This document shows, in pieces, positions 25,190-38,968 of a stretch of 64,000 bases of DNA; position 1 is the stretch's first letter; each line of letters starts with the position of its first letter. Under the pieces are notes generated by a model, which saw only the letters and a list, made by a program, of their open reading frames with translations, was not told the origin of the DNA and ran no database searches. A program made the translations under genes and the position numbers. This stretch comes from Octopus sinensis (lineage: Eukaryota). The stretch is from assembly GCF_006345805.1 (NCBI RefSeq), contig NW_021834205.1:17448-81447 (forward strand). Reading direction: 5' to 3'.

Positions 25190-25418
25190 GTCGTATTGTA
25201 TAATGTGTTGCATGCCTATTTGGACAGATTGGTAGAATGATTTACTATTCACTGAAATTAATATTACATGATGAAAGTTGCGAAGTGGCCGTAAGCGTGA
25301 GGATAACAAGTGATTAAATAAATATATTCGTCTCTCATATCTCCTGACGTTTTATGGTTTATGTGTGTGCGTGTGTGTCAGAGAGAGATGGAGAGGGAGA
25401 GAGAGAGAGAGAGAGATG

Positions 25419-25452
<34 letters not shown>

Positions 25453-26219
25453 GAGAGGTCGAGAAAAAGAGGGGACGATACGGGGACAGACAAAACAAAC
25501 GTTGGGATCAGGCTATCGAATGAGACGAAACGTATGAATAAACAAAGAATGAAAATATATACAATTAAATGAGAATGAGTAATTAACAAAAAATGAAGCG
25601 GAGGACGCGGTCGATCCCAGATACGGTTGTGTGTGTCTGTGCTTATTTTTATCTGTTAAGTTAAGAGCGAAAGCAGTGTCCGTAACTTGTTCCAGTTGAA
25701 AGGCATCCTCAAGCCAGAAGCCTGGTTCAAATCCATGCAATAAGTAGGGATCCACTAAACGCATGGAAGGTGTCTAATGGTGGCTTTTCACCGAGCGACT
25801 AAGTATACAGCTAAAGTAGGCCCAGGCGGAATTTGAACTCAGCACAATTGCATTCGGTCTAACATCCCTACCAATTCACCAGTCCATTTCTTGGAATTGC
25901 TACAAATTTATCGACCCCAGATGAGGTTAACTTCGTTGTATTTTAAACTCAGGAGGCTGAGATTCAGAACAAATGCATGAAGCTTTCGGTCCAACATTCT
26001 ATGTATGTCAATTCACCCCTGTGCCCTTGTGACTCATAATGGCACAAGACATGTTTTACATGGAGCTATAACTCACCTTAATTCTGTTCTGTTTTTAAAA
26101 TGTGCATGGAGCGGAAATACATTACAACGCCCTTCTTTTGTTTTACAACAAAATTATATAATACATTCTATCATATGATATTTCTAAGTATTTTTAGGAT
26201 GGTTGTTAGATGTTACTGG

Positions 26220-26900
26220 TGAGCATTTTATTTCCCTGTTTGTATTAGTAACGGGAAAGTATTTCTCTGTAGTCCTCTGTTGATGGTACTTTCGTCGAAG
26301 GCGAGCTTGCAGAAACGTTAGCACGCCGGGCGAAATGCTTAGCGGTATTTCGCCTGCCGCTACGTTCGCAGTTCAAATACCACCGACGTCGACTTTGCCT
26401 TTAATCCTTTCGGGGTCGATTAAATAAGTACCAGTTACGCACTGGGGTTGATATAATCAATTAAACCGTTTGTCTATCCTTGTTTGTCCCCTCTGTGTTT
26501 AGCCCCTTGTGAGTAGTAAAGAAATAGGTACTTTCGTCGAAGGATAACACATTCAGCCTATTGTTGATGGTTATTGACCTATGTTTGATGACGGTGAGGG
26601 GTTGGATTGGATGTAAATCTTCAATGGGTCCTGGTAGGTTTCTTGAAAAAAATATCATATAGTTTGTAGCTCGGTTTCATCCCAACATCCAGAACGTTTA
26701 CCATGGTGAATTTCGCTAAGTCAGTTAACTTTTCGGGGAATATTGTTCTTTTTTAAGTACTTCAAAGACCTGCTGAAGACGAACATTTGAAGAATGAGTA
26801 ACGTCGTTCCTTCAGTAGTTATTAGAAGTCATTGCCACCCGCTGTTCACTAAAGCCGCTTTCTTATTGTTTGAGGAGTGAAGATGTAGAGGAGAATATAT
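26220..26900 (-). mobile_element. Penelope-like RT C-terminal fragment interrupted by a SINE
   Basis: Minus: KKNNIPRKLTDLAKFTMVNVLDV (cf. KITIEAN..VNFLDV) and PLTVIKHRSITINNRLNVLSFDEST (cf. SNHPP.IIK.IP..IN.RLS.LSS.E). Confidence 0.6.
26299..26528 (+). mobile_element. SINE family B with ~17-bp TSD
   Basis: ggtactttcgtcgaagg at 26285-26301 and 26527-26543. Confidence 0.95.
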
Positions 26901-26907
26901 TCAATAT

Positions 26908-27140
26908 CTATTTCTTTACTACCCACAAGGGGCTAAACACAGAAAGGACAAAGAAGGACGGACAAACGGATTAAGTCGATTATATCGACTCCAGTGCATA
27001 ACTGGTATTTATTTAATCGACCCCGAAAGGATGAAAGGCAAAGTCGGCCTCGGCGGAATTTGAACTCAGAACGTAGCGGCAGACGAAATACCGCTAAGCA
27101 TTTCGCCCGCGCGCTAACGTTTCTGCCAGCTCGCCACCTT
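26908..27140 (-). mobile_element. SINE family B, full length
   Basis: ctatttctttactacccacaagggg ... ctgccagctcgccacctt. Confidence 0.95.
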
Positions 27141-27289
27141 CAAATAAATTCAATACCACCAACACTAATGTCACTAATACTAATATAAAATCGCTACTAA
27201 TGTCACGACCACCATTATTTCCACAACTACCATCACCATTGTCATCACCACCACTACCACTGTCACCACAATCACCACCAACAACAACC

Positions 27290-27480
27290 GTGGAGGTGCA
27301 ATGGCCCAGTGGTTAGGGAAGCGGCCTCGCGGTCGTAAGAACGCAGTTTCGATTCCCAGACCGGCGTTGTGTTTTAATTGAGCAGAACTACCTAAGCTCC
27401 ACCACGAGGCTCCGTCGGGGAGGTGTGGTGAACCCTGCTGTACTCTTTTCACCACAACTTTCTCTCACTCTTCTTCCTAC
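27290..27480 (+). mobile_element. tRNA-headed SINE, additional family
   Basis: tggcccagtggttaggg (A box), gtttcgattccc (B box), non-tRNA body. Confidence 0.65.
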
Positions 27481-27765
27481 TTCTGCACAAAGCAAGGAAC
27501 CATGGTGTAACCCACTATGGTGTGGTAACTTTCAGACCCTAGTCTAGATTGCGAATCCTCTGTATCTTAGGATGGTTCAGCTCTCCACCCATTAAAAAGC
27601 CACCGTTTATGGAATGAGGATAACAACGTAGCTTTCGCGCCTGTGCAACCGCCAGTTTATCGCGTTTGGTGGGTGGATGTTCAAGTTGCCACACACATTC
27701 TCAGTAGCTTAGATTAGGCTCAAATTAGAGATTAATCTTTGTGGCTCATGGCGTGAGTCCTTATT

Positions 27766-28010
27766 GGAAGAAGAAGAAGAAGAAGAAGAAGAAGAAGGAG
27801 AGGAGAGGAGGAGGAGTAGGAGAAGGAGACAAGGAATGAGGGAGGAGGAGGAGAGAAGAGAAGAAGGAGACGAAAAAGAAGAAGAAGAAAAGAAGAAGAA
27901 AGAAAAAGAAGAAGAGAAGAAGAAGAAGAGGAAGAAGAAGAGAAGAAGAAAGAAGAAAAATAAGAAGAGAAGAAGAAGAAGAAAGAAGAAGAAGAAAACG
28001 AAGAAGACAA
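27766..28010. repeat. (GAA/GAG)n purine tract
   Basis: Directly visible. Confidence 0.95.
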
Positions 28011-29881
28011 CAACCTCACTGACAGCATCGTACATACAGAATTACGATGTTAGAATCATTTAGTAGCTGTACTATATACTGTAAGATGTGTGGGTGCAAA
28101 AGCTAATCGTATTTAACAAAATAAATAGCTGAGGTTAATTGCACGGATGTATCATCTCTAAATTAAACAATAGTCAAATTAATATTAGTATATTTAATGA
28201 AGTGAACATTAAAATTCAAATTAAATATTGAACATGCGGTGGGGAAAAGACAGTATTACTTCAGTTTAATACATACTGAAGATCTGGTGAAACTTCCCGT
28301 AATGGATGCTGATTTATCAAAAGAAGTTGGTTGTATGATGCACATTGATGTGTCTAACCACACACATTGTTTCTGAATGAACCTCACCACATCACAAGGA
28401 TGTGTGTGTCATTCAGGTTAGTGAAACTGTCATCATAGTGGCCAACAACAACAGATTTCACTAATTTTATTCACTATTTGTGCAGTTAACAAAAAGAAAT
28501 CGAAAGTCTAATCTAATAATTCTTTTTCTTGAAACAAATTCGGAGTAAGGAATGGTGTGAACAGGGGTTGTTTTGTCGGTTTCTGCTGGAAGAATTCGGA
28601 GCAATGGTAATAAGGTGCTAAAAGAAAAATGGTGAACAATAAACCAATATTTTGAAACGAATGTGCAGCAGATAAAATGAGCTGCAAGTGATTGATGAAA
28701 GAAAAGTTGCTTTCTTTCCGTCTCGTCTAAGCAAATATTTATTAACAGACCCAGGATTGTATGAATTTCTCAGTAGTCGGTATTTGACGAGAGATTCGCC
28801 ATCTTTGCAAACTTGTCGGCTTGTTTACTTTCGCTGTTAAACAGGCAGGGTTACGCTATGATAATAATAAAAATAACGATTCTAAAAATAGTCATTATTA
28901 TTAACATCGCTGTTGTTGATGTTATTACGAGTTTCCCATTCAACTTTTCTTTCTACTTTAAAAAAAATTTCTATTATTGATTTATGTCTTGTCTCCTTTG
29001 TGTTTGTTTTGGATTTGGTTTCCCTGAATTTTCTTTCTCGTTTTCGTTTATTTTCTCCTATTTTGAGATTCATTTTATTCTTTCCTTTCCCATCCATAAC
29101 TCGCTAGGATTGTTTTCACTTCAGCCGATGACAACTTCGATATTTCCAACTAAATGCCAATGTTTGCCGCTTCCAATTATGTCAACTGCCACTTCCATCG
29201 TTCCATTGACATCCTTTCTCTTTACATATCTGTTAACAATGCAAAGTTTCGCCAACAAAGTCAGTAGCTTCATAGAAACCTAAGCTGACCAATGAAAGAC
29301 GATCAATATAAACGACAATGACGATGACGACGACGACTTCATATAAACTGTAATAACATTTCCTACATTAGTCATACATAACTTAAACAGGAGTTCCAGG
29401 AATGCTACCGTCAAGGGAAACGACGCTGGATAAAATGTGCAACTTCAGAAGGAGACTCCTTCGAAGGAGTTTGATTGCCGAATTTATATATATTGTGGTA
29501 TTCTTTATATAAAATCATTTCCGATACTTTTTGATCAGACTACGTATATACATATATACATGTATGTGTATGTATGTATGTATGTATGTATGTATGTATG
29601 TATGTATGTATGTATGTATGTATGTATTTATATATAAAAACTTAGATAATATATATATATATATATATAATATATAGAGAGAGAGAGAGAGGGGGGGAGA
29701 GAATTGGATGAAAATGGCTATGACCGGTTTATAGGGTTACCCTGTGTTTCACGTCCTAGGGTTACTCCATAGAATAACGATAGCCATCTCTATCTAATTA
29801 CTTCATTGCTCTTTAACTTAGAATCTTCTTCTCTTTCAGAATTTTTGATTTACTGACGATATATATATATATTATATATAG

Positions 29882-31190
29882 CTTAGATAACTTAGATATG
29901 TTTCGAGCAAAGATTGGTCCAAGCCATGTCTTATGTAATAGCACCACCTGATAGGATTTGCTAAATATTTTTAAGTCACGTTTTGTGGTATCATGGCCCG
30001 TTCGAGTAGGTCGCTCTTATTGAGTGAGTTGTATCCAGGTATAGGTGTCATATCCGGTATCCCTCTGGTATCCCTTGAAGAAATTTGTCCAGATTCCGTT
30101 TAAAGGTGATGGAATGCGTTTCCTCTTTGATCTGTTTTGGGACAATGTTCAATAGGGCAGGGCCTGTTGAGGAAAAGAAATTGTGTTGCAATGTATTTAA
30201 GTTTTGTGATCCTGAATTAATTAGGAGACTTTGGCCCGTGGTCCTAGCCTTGGATGAATTCTGAAGTAATGCTGGCGGTAGATTCTCCACATCGTGCAAA
30301 TAATGTATCACTCACGGCGGCGCTGGAGAGAATAGTGTTTCAATGTTTTTAGGCGGTCCCAATAATCGAGATCAGTGATACCTTAATTTTTTTCGTGAAT
30401 GCCATCTGGGGAGGTTCAGTTTTAGGAATGTTGTGTTTTGTGTTAAGAGACCACGGGGGAAAGCAGTATTCGATGTGTGGCCGTACAAAGGAGGAGAAAA
30501 GAAGAAAGATGATACCTTGTTCTCTGGACCGGAAAGTTCTTAGGACCCAGGAGCTCATCCTATCAGCTATACCGACGTTATTGTTGATGTGGGCACTCTA
30601 GCTGAGATTGTTGTCTACAATTAGTCTTAGGTCTCTGATATTACTTATCTTGTGAGTGGTTCTCCTGAAGGAAGAGAATATAATTGCTTTAGTATAGTCT
30701 TTTTTCCAAAATGCATCACTTCAAATTTTCCCTCGTTTAGTCGCATTTTGTTTTTGTCTGCCCATCGACTTACAGCATGTAGATCACACTGGAGTTCAGT
30801 TAGGTCTTCTACGTTGATACTTTTCTGGAGCTTAGAATCATCGGCGAATATTTTCACATTACTATGTTTGATGACGCTTGAAATGTCGTTTATATAGACT
30901 ATGAACAGAAAAGGACCCAAAACAGCCTTCTGAAGGACACCACTGGTGACTTTTGTTGGGTTTGAGTGGATTCCACCGATCACATGTTGTGTTTTGTTTT
31001 CCAGGAAATCCTCAATCCAGTGTGGTAGTTTTCCACGGATATCAATATTTGATAATTTTTACAGTAGAATATTGTGGTCGACTCTGTCGAACGCTTTACT
31101 AAAGTCCAAATATATGACATCAGAGTTCGAACTTGATCCCAAAGCTGTAAGGACATCATCGACGTGATGTAAGAGCTGTGTTAGATAGCC
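29882..31190 (-). mobile_element. CR1/L2-like LINE, 5'-truncated, RT domain pseudogene
   Basis: YLDFSKAFDRVDHNIL, SGVLQKAVLGPFLFIVYINDI, VKIFADDSKL, RPHIEYC; tatctaag tail at 29882. Confidence 0.95.
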
Positions 31191-31368
31191 TCAGCCGCAG
31201 CGAAAACCATAATGGTTTAAATTTAGAAGTTTGTGGCTCTCCAAGAAGCCAGCTATCCTATATATATGTATGTATATACTTGTTTATTATTATTATTTAT
31301 TATTATTATTATATATATATATATGCGACTATATATATGATAGCTTGGAATTATCCGTATAACTATTG

Positions 31369-31399
<31 letters not shown>

Positions 31400-32500
31400 C
31401 ACACACGCACACATACGCAGACACTCACACACACATACACATACACACACATACATACACAAACGCGCGTGCGCTCACATTCTTAGCTACTCCTACATTT
31501 TACTCTTTAAAACAAACTCACTATATCTGAACGATTCGCTTTCATTATATATGAACATATATTCCTCAACGAAAGAAAGTTTAATTAACACAAATTTAAT
31601 TTATGCATATAATTAATTTAACATCATTATATTTCATTATATGTAGACTTTACTATAGTAACAATAAATTAACATGGATATTATCTTGGCTTGGTTAAGC
31701 AGAAATATTTGTGTGTGGCCTTCATTGCTTTCACACTGATATAGGATTTGGTTTAATTCCAAGTTCGTATTTATGTTGTACGTATGTAATGTTAATATCT
31801 CATTAGTTAATATCATTAGTTAATATTAAGATAATTTAATTAAACAGAAATTCTTGAAGATAATTTTCTTAGCAGGCAGACATACCGATATTCATGGAAA
31901 ACAACTTTTATAACCATAATGGTTTCCAGCATAGGCACGAGGCCAGGTATGGTTAAGACGATCGCTTGGTAAACTATTGGGATTTTAGTTCAATACCCAA
32001 GAAAGGAAAGTTATGCTTCCTCCATATTAGAACTTATTCTTTTTCTTCCCTTGCTCGTTATTTTCACAACCAATTCTTCTTCTTCCTCTTCCTCCTCCAC
32101 CTCATCCTCCTCTTCTTCTTGTTTCGTCCATTAATGTTATTTCATTAAATCCTTATTTCTGCTTTTATCCATAAAGATATTTTATGTTACACGAACACAC
32201 TTCCATACCTACGTTGCAACCACTAACCTCCACCCACTTGATGAACCAAAAATATGCAACAGGCTCCAACAATCAAAAAAAAATATGATCTGATCAACAA
32301 CTTTTTCCTCCTCTCTCCTTTTGTCTGTCTGTCTCTCTGTGTCTCTCTCTCTCTCTCTCTCTCTCTTCCATGACTTTATATATATATATATATATATTAA
32401 TAATAATAATATGACAACAAAAGAAGGAATGAGGCCTCGATATTATGTAAATAGAGGAATTTATCTATAAATATATCATGCTACAATTAGTTGGTTGTCA

Positions 32501-32563
32501 TAATAAAACTCAAACTTTCGGATGCCTGGGCCGAAGTCTGCTCCGGCATCTCATCAGTTATTA
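32501..32563 (-). ncRNA. Type-I hammerhead ribozyme motif, core intact
   Basis: Minus: taataa CTGATGA gatgcc-18nt-ggcatc c GAAA gtttgag TT ttatta; stems I and II pair, stem III has a G.G mismatch. Confidence 0.6.
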
Positions 32564-32914
32564 AACTTGATTTTATTATGACAGCCAAATATAATAATCA
32601 CGTATTATATTTATATACACCAGTTATACCTCAGTGTGATTATTTTAACTACTCATCACTGAGATATTTCGTTATATGTCTTACGAAAATCAATTTTAGA
32701 TTCTATTTTCAGATGATGTCTATGTAAAGTTTAAACTCAAGTAATGAGATGATGTCTTGGTGCCAGAAATCAAGGCTTGAATCCTTAGTAGACTATCTTA
32801 AGTAAAGAATTCTGAAGTAAACTATTCCATTTTTTTTTAGCAAAACTGCAGGAACACTTATCGCCCACTTTTCTGGCATAAGAATCACTCGTAAATGTTT
32901 CATAATGGCTGTCA

Positions 32915-33135
32915 CATATAATCCTGGATTACTCCACTTTCATCCACCATGATAACTCTTTGCAGCCAAGTAAAATGGCGGATTACTACATTCTCATTAA
33001 CTAATGATACCTGTTTACATCCATAAGAAACGGTGGATTATTCTGCTCTTATGTACAATAATAACTGTTTACAGCCAAGTAATATGCCGGATTACTCTGC
33101 TCTTGTCCACCGAGACATTTGTTTAGAACCAAGGA
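32915..33135. repeat. 54-bp minisatellite, four diverged units
   Basis: ggatta(c/t)t anchors at 32926, 32980, 33035, 33089. Confidence 0.75.
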
Positions 33136-33266
33136 ATGAGCTTCTTTAATAAGAAAGCTTATTCTCCATTCATTATAATGCATTGTTGGAGATATTGCTG
33201 ATACTGAGTCCAATGTGCTACCTGCTACGGTGTCGGTTTGCCCACCTATAATTCTCATACTCTCTC

Positions 33267-33510
33267 TCTTTTACTCTTTTACTCTTTTACTTGTTTCAGT
33301 CATTTGACTACGGCCATGCTGGAGCACCGCCTTTAGTCGGGCAAATCGACCCCGGGACTTATTCTTTGTAAGGCCAGTACTTATTCTATCGGTCTCTTTT
33401 GCCGAACCGCTAAGAGACGGGGACGTAAACACACCAGCATCGGTTGTCAAGCAATGCTAGGGGGACAAACATAGACACACAAACGTACACACACACACAC
33501 ACACCATATA

Positions 33511-33566
<56 letters not shown>

Positions 33567-33731
33567 TACGACAGGCTTCTTTCAGTTTCCGTCTACCAAA
33601 TCCACTCACAAGACTTGGTCGGCCCGGGGCTATAGCAGAAGACACTTGCCCAAGATGCCACGCAGTGGGACTGAACCCGGAACCATGTGGTTGGTTAGCA
33701 AGCTACTTACCACACAGCCACTCCTGCGCCT
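33267..33731 (-). mobile_element. SINE family A, young full-length copy
   Basis: Full head, internal (TA)n, (TAAAAGAG)n tail. Confidence 0.95.
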
Positions 33732-34280
33732 ATCTGTAATTTTTTTTTTTTTTTGCTTGTTGTCACCTCTAGGTTAGTTCTGATGGAGTAAACCTATAAA
33801 GAGTTGCATTCTAGCTGTGAACATTTATCTTTCACCTTTCCGTACCAAACGTACCACTTCATTATCCATCGGATCTCTTTGTAAAGACATTGAAATTCGA
33901 TTCCAGGCAGATTCGGCAGCCACTTTTAGTAGTAGACAAGTAGACTGAGAAACTGTGAAAAGTTCCCATTGTTTTCAGCTGGCATGCATTATAAATAACG
34001 CTAAGCATGCGTTTACGGCCATTAAAGTGTTAAATAGATGGCAGTATTTGATTTGTTTTAAAAGGAGAAATAATTTCTAAATGCGTGACCGATCGGTCTT
34101 GATTGTTTTTAGAAAAAGAAAATGATGGTGGCGACCTTCATTACACGTTCCCAAGGTTAATCTCTGTGTAAGTGAAGTGGAAGAGTTGAAAATGATATAT
34201 CGAAACCGGATGCCAGTACTTGCCGCACCGGAAACGTAGTAGCTGCTTTATTGTTCAGGCAACTAGAAAGATGTGAGCGT

Positions 34281-34338
<58 letters not shown>

Positions 34339-34477
34339 ATCATATATATTATATATATATATATATTTCTTTTTCAAACGTAAAACCCAGTGGGAAACTT
34401 TCTTTTCAAATATATGAATTGAAATAAAATCTAACTGCACCTTTGTGAAAATCATTATATTCTTCTAAAATAATACC

Positions 34478-34514
<37 letters not shown>

Positions 34515-34615
34515 AGATATATATATGTACACGCACACCAAAGGCATATATATGTATATATATGTGTGTGTGTGTATACATATGTGTGTGTATGCACACT
34601 CAGAGACACACACAT

Positions 34616-34661
<46 letters not shown>

Positions 34662-35141
34662 AATATTGACTTATCTATTTATATAATTATTCACAACAGC
34701 GATGCCAGCAAATTTGCATATCTCCCTCTGACGTCAATATATCTGTTATTATGGAGGGATGATTGTTGCATATGTCGAATAGAAGAAGCAAAAAAAAAAC
34801 AGTAATAAAACAAAATAATAAAGCAAAATCAGGTCGTGAACATATTCAACAAGTTGCTTCTATTGTAATCAATAAGTTGGCTTCCTTCCCTAGCGACAGA
34901 ATGGAATTACATTCAAGTAATAGTGAAAGTGAAAGTAGAAGAATAAAACCAGCAGCAGCAGCAGCACCACCAGCAACAACAACGACAACGACAGCAAAAT
35001 AAATACTATAATATAATAATAATAATAATAATAATATAATAATAATAAATAATAATAATATAATAATAATAATGATAATAATGCTAATAATATAGTAACA
35101 ATACGTGATGAGGATGATGATGATGAATGATGGTGGTTTTG

Positions 35142-35172
<31 letters not shown>

Positions 35173-35339
35173 GCGATGTACACACTGTATAGCACAGCTG
35201 CACCACAAAGCAGCCGAACAGCCGGCCAAAATAAATTCAAGAGCGCAATAATATCAAAGAACTATCATAAATTTAGCGCTGATTAGGTAATTATTCGCAA
35301 AAAGATCAATATTGCTTTCATAAAAGATTGAGCATAAAA

Positions 35340-35404
35340 TATATAGCAATAACAACAACAACACAACAACAAAACAATAATAATAACGTATCATAATACT
35401 AATA

Positions 35405-35454
<50 letters not shown>

Positions 35455-35482
35455 TAATAATGATAATAAAATAATAATAATA

Positions 35483-35526
<44 letters not shown>

Positions 35527-35614
35527 TAATAATAATAATATAATAATAATAATAATAATAATATAATAATAATAATAATAATAATAAGAATATAATAATA
35601 TAATAATAATAATA

Positions 35615-35647
<33 letters not shown>

Positions 35648-35714
35648 TAATAAAAATAATATGATAATAAAAATAATAATAATAATAATAATAATAAAAT
35701 AAATTGATAATAAA

Positions 35715-35757
<43 letters not shown>

Positions 35758-35820
35758 TAATAATATAATAATAATAATAATAATAATAAAATAATAATAT
35801 AATAATAATAATAATTAAGG
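35340..35820. repeat. (AAT)n array
   Basis: Directly visible. Confidence 0.97.
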
Positions 35821-35962
35821 ACAAAAACACGTCAACAAAAAATAACAATTCTACTATGCTGCTACTACTAGTGCACTACAAAATAATATTAATGATATCC
35901 ATATGTACATATATATATATATATATCTATACAATATACATATATATATAGATATATATTAT

Positions 35963-35994
<32 letters not shown>

Positions 35995-36144
35995 AACACA
36001 CACGCACACACATACACGCGTTCATGCGTGTGAACGTGTGTGTAAATATATGTTCAAATTTTGGTACATGGCCAATGTGAGTGTCAGTGTATTTATCATA
36101 GACACACAGATATATATATAAGCATACATGGATATATATATATC

Positions 36145-36190
<46 letters not shown>

Positions 36191-36276
36191 CATATATTAT
36201 ATATATATTCATACATATATTATATATATATATAGATATATATAATAATACATACATATATATATATATATATATT

Positions 36277-36313
<37 letters not shown>

Positions 36314-36911
36314 AAGATATATATACATTCATACCTTGCATATATAAACTATTATAATACTGTATGCATACATTTATATATTATATATATATATATATTC
36401 AAATATTTATAATTATATACGTATACGCATGCATATACCTATGCATATGTATATATAACTATGTATATAGTAATATAAATATATATGTATACATATCTAC
36501 ATACATAAACGCGTATATCACACACACAATCACACACACGCGCGCACATACACACACACACATATACATATATATAGATGCATTTGCGCGTATCTTACGC
36601 TGCATGTAAAGAGATTGATTACATCATAAAAAACCTGTAAATAGAGATGAAGAAAGTCTATTGTAGAGAAGAGTGCATTGGATCTGAATGTAATGTTCTA
36701 TGAACACCTAAATACTCCATACACATTGCTATAATTGTATTTACTACGTTTACTGTTCAGATTTTCCTTGGTTTTTGTTGAAGCCATTTTTGTTTTAAAT
36801 TTTTGCTATCGAAATATCGGTTCGATTCTCTCTTATCGACACACCATCAGCCATGTTGAACGGTAACGGACGTACGATGCTATATTATCCATGAAGTTTA
36901 GTATGTGGATG

Positions 36912-36975
<64 letters not shown>

Positions 36976-37504
36976 GAATTGCAGTGTTTGTATGTGTGTA
37001 CGTTAATGCTAAATGCAATGTTAGAGTTAGGAGGAAGAATGAAGTTGAAGTACATATACGCTGTTGCCGTGGTGGGGCGGAGGGAATGTTCGAGCATTAT
37101 TGCACGTGTGAGTTCGGAGGTGTCTAAAATTGCAATAACCCATACGTGTGTGTGTGTGTGTGTGGATCTTTTATTTTTTACTTTTTTTTCAGTCATTGAA
37201 TTGCGGCCATGGTGTAGCACCACCTCGAAGAATTCACTCGATAAAATCCCCTTCATATGCCCTGCCCAACCTGATATTCATTTTATTATTTTCTGTTGCC
37301 GAACCGTTAACTTAAAGGGACGTAAAGAAACCAGTCCCGGTTGCCAAGTGGAGACTGGGAGACAAACACAAGCACAAAGACGCACACACATAGATCTCTC
37401 TCACACCCGCTCTCTCTTTGTTTATCTCTACGTCTCTCTCTCTCTCCCTCTCTCTCTCTGTCTATCTCTCTGTCTCTCTGTTTCTACCCCTCTCTCTCTC
37501 TCTC

Positions 37505-38720
37505 TCAATCAAGTGGTCCCGCCCTTAGGCAGGTTCCGTGCATGTAAACCCTCTTCAGCACTCTTTAATCTCTGCTCTCCTCTTCGTTGAGTGTTTCCCC
37601 TATCAAAATATCATCCAACATTATCACTCACCTTTTTCCTCACCTAGATCTTCTCCCTTGTATTCTTCCCTCTATCATTGTGAGCAGAAGCCCCTCTGAC
37701 CCTATAATATGTCCTATCCATTTTGCTTTCTTTTTCTACATGGTATCCATCAGACATCGCCCCTCTCTCCAACTCTCCTAAGCACCTCCTCATTGCTCAC
37801 ATATTCCGTCCAGCAGTTCGTTTCTGTTCCACTCTACAATCACATCTCATATTCAATCGCCTAGCAACGGCCTTCTTAAAGATCCATGTTTCTCAGCCAT
37901 AGAGTACTTAACTTCATACTAGAGTTTTCTCCAGCTTCTTCTTCAGATCATGCTTCAGGCGTTTGGTGTGCAGTGGTTTATACAAGTGAAGGCGCATGTC
38001 TCAGTGGTTAGAGCGTCGAGCTTACGATCGTGATGCTGTGAGCTCGAAACTCGGACCAGGCTGCATGTTGTGTTCTTGAGCAAGGCACTTTATTTCACGT
38101 TGCTCCAGTTCACTCAGCTGTAGAAATGAGTTGCGACGTCACAGGTGCCAAGCTGTATCGGCCCCTTTCCCTTGGATAACACTGGTGGCGTTGAGAGGAG
38201 AGGCCGGTATGCATGGGCTGGTCTTCCATAAACTGCTGGTCTTCCATAAACAACCTTGCGCGGACTTGTGCTTGGGAGGGTAACTTTCTAGGTGCAATCC
38301 CATAGTCTGTGTCGTGACCGAAAGGGGTTTCAGGTTTATATTTGTTGAATCCATTTTTGGTCATGGTAATTCTTGCGCTGATTTCCCTCTCCCTTCTCTC
38401 ATCCTCCTTTAATAGGCCTCCAAGATGTTTAAATTATTGAATCTGCTCCTAATGATTTTCGTTGATGCTGATTTGCAAATTCTCTCCTCTGTTCTTTCCA
38501 GTTTTCAATACTTTAGTCTTCTGGTTTATTCTCATCTTGTATACCTCATTCACTTCAATCAGACTTGTCATGATCGTCAGCAAGCCCTCTACAGTGTTCT
38601 CTGTCAGGGCCCAGCCATTCCATGATCTGTCTGGCCCATGCAAAAAGCTGCGATTAAGTGCCTATCTCTCCATCTGTTTATTTTTTCTTTCCATACAACC
38701 CGAACATGGGGCTATAGATC
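37505..38720 (-). mobile_element. RTE-clade LINE 3' fragment, decayed, interrupted by SINE C
   Basis: TVEGLLTIMTSLIEVNEVYKMRINQKTKVL, FKHLGGLL, EISARITMTKNGFNK, VLYG.ETW, KAKWIGHI..SEGLL.TMIEGRIQGRRSR. Confidence 0.8.
37989..38330 (+). mobile_element. SINE family C, full length
   Basis: aaggcgcatgtctcagtggttagagcg head; homologous to the 1665-1997 copy. Confidence 0.9.
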
Positions 38721-38745
38721 CAATTCTGTTCTCTGTATGTTGTAA

Positions 38746-38968
38746 TGGAGGCGTGTGGCTTAGTGGTCAAGGTGTTGGATTCATGATCGCATGATTGGGG
38801 TTTCGATTCCTGGACCTGGCGACACGTTGTGTTCTTGAGCAAAATACTTCATTTCACGTTTCTCCAGTCCACTCAGCTGGCAAAACTGAGTAATCTTGCG
38901 ACGGACTGGTGTCCTGTCCAGGTAGGAAATTTCTACCCCATAGAAATCGGGAAACTGGCCCTTATGCG
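38746..38968 (+). mobile_element. tRNA-headed SINE related to family C
   Basis: tggcttagtggtcaagg A box, gtttcgattcc B box, shared ttgtgttcttgagcaa..tttcacgt domain, different 3' part. Confidence 0.75.

Noticed and set aside
28373-28416. Hairpin ctgaatga...tcattcag as a pre-miRNA
   Set aside because: Stem is too short and asymmetric for a Drosha/Dicer substrate
29455-29470. Perfect 16-bp palindrome actccttcgaaggagt
   Set aside because: Isolated and short, with no supporting context
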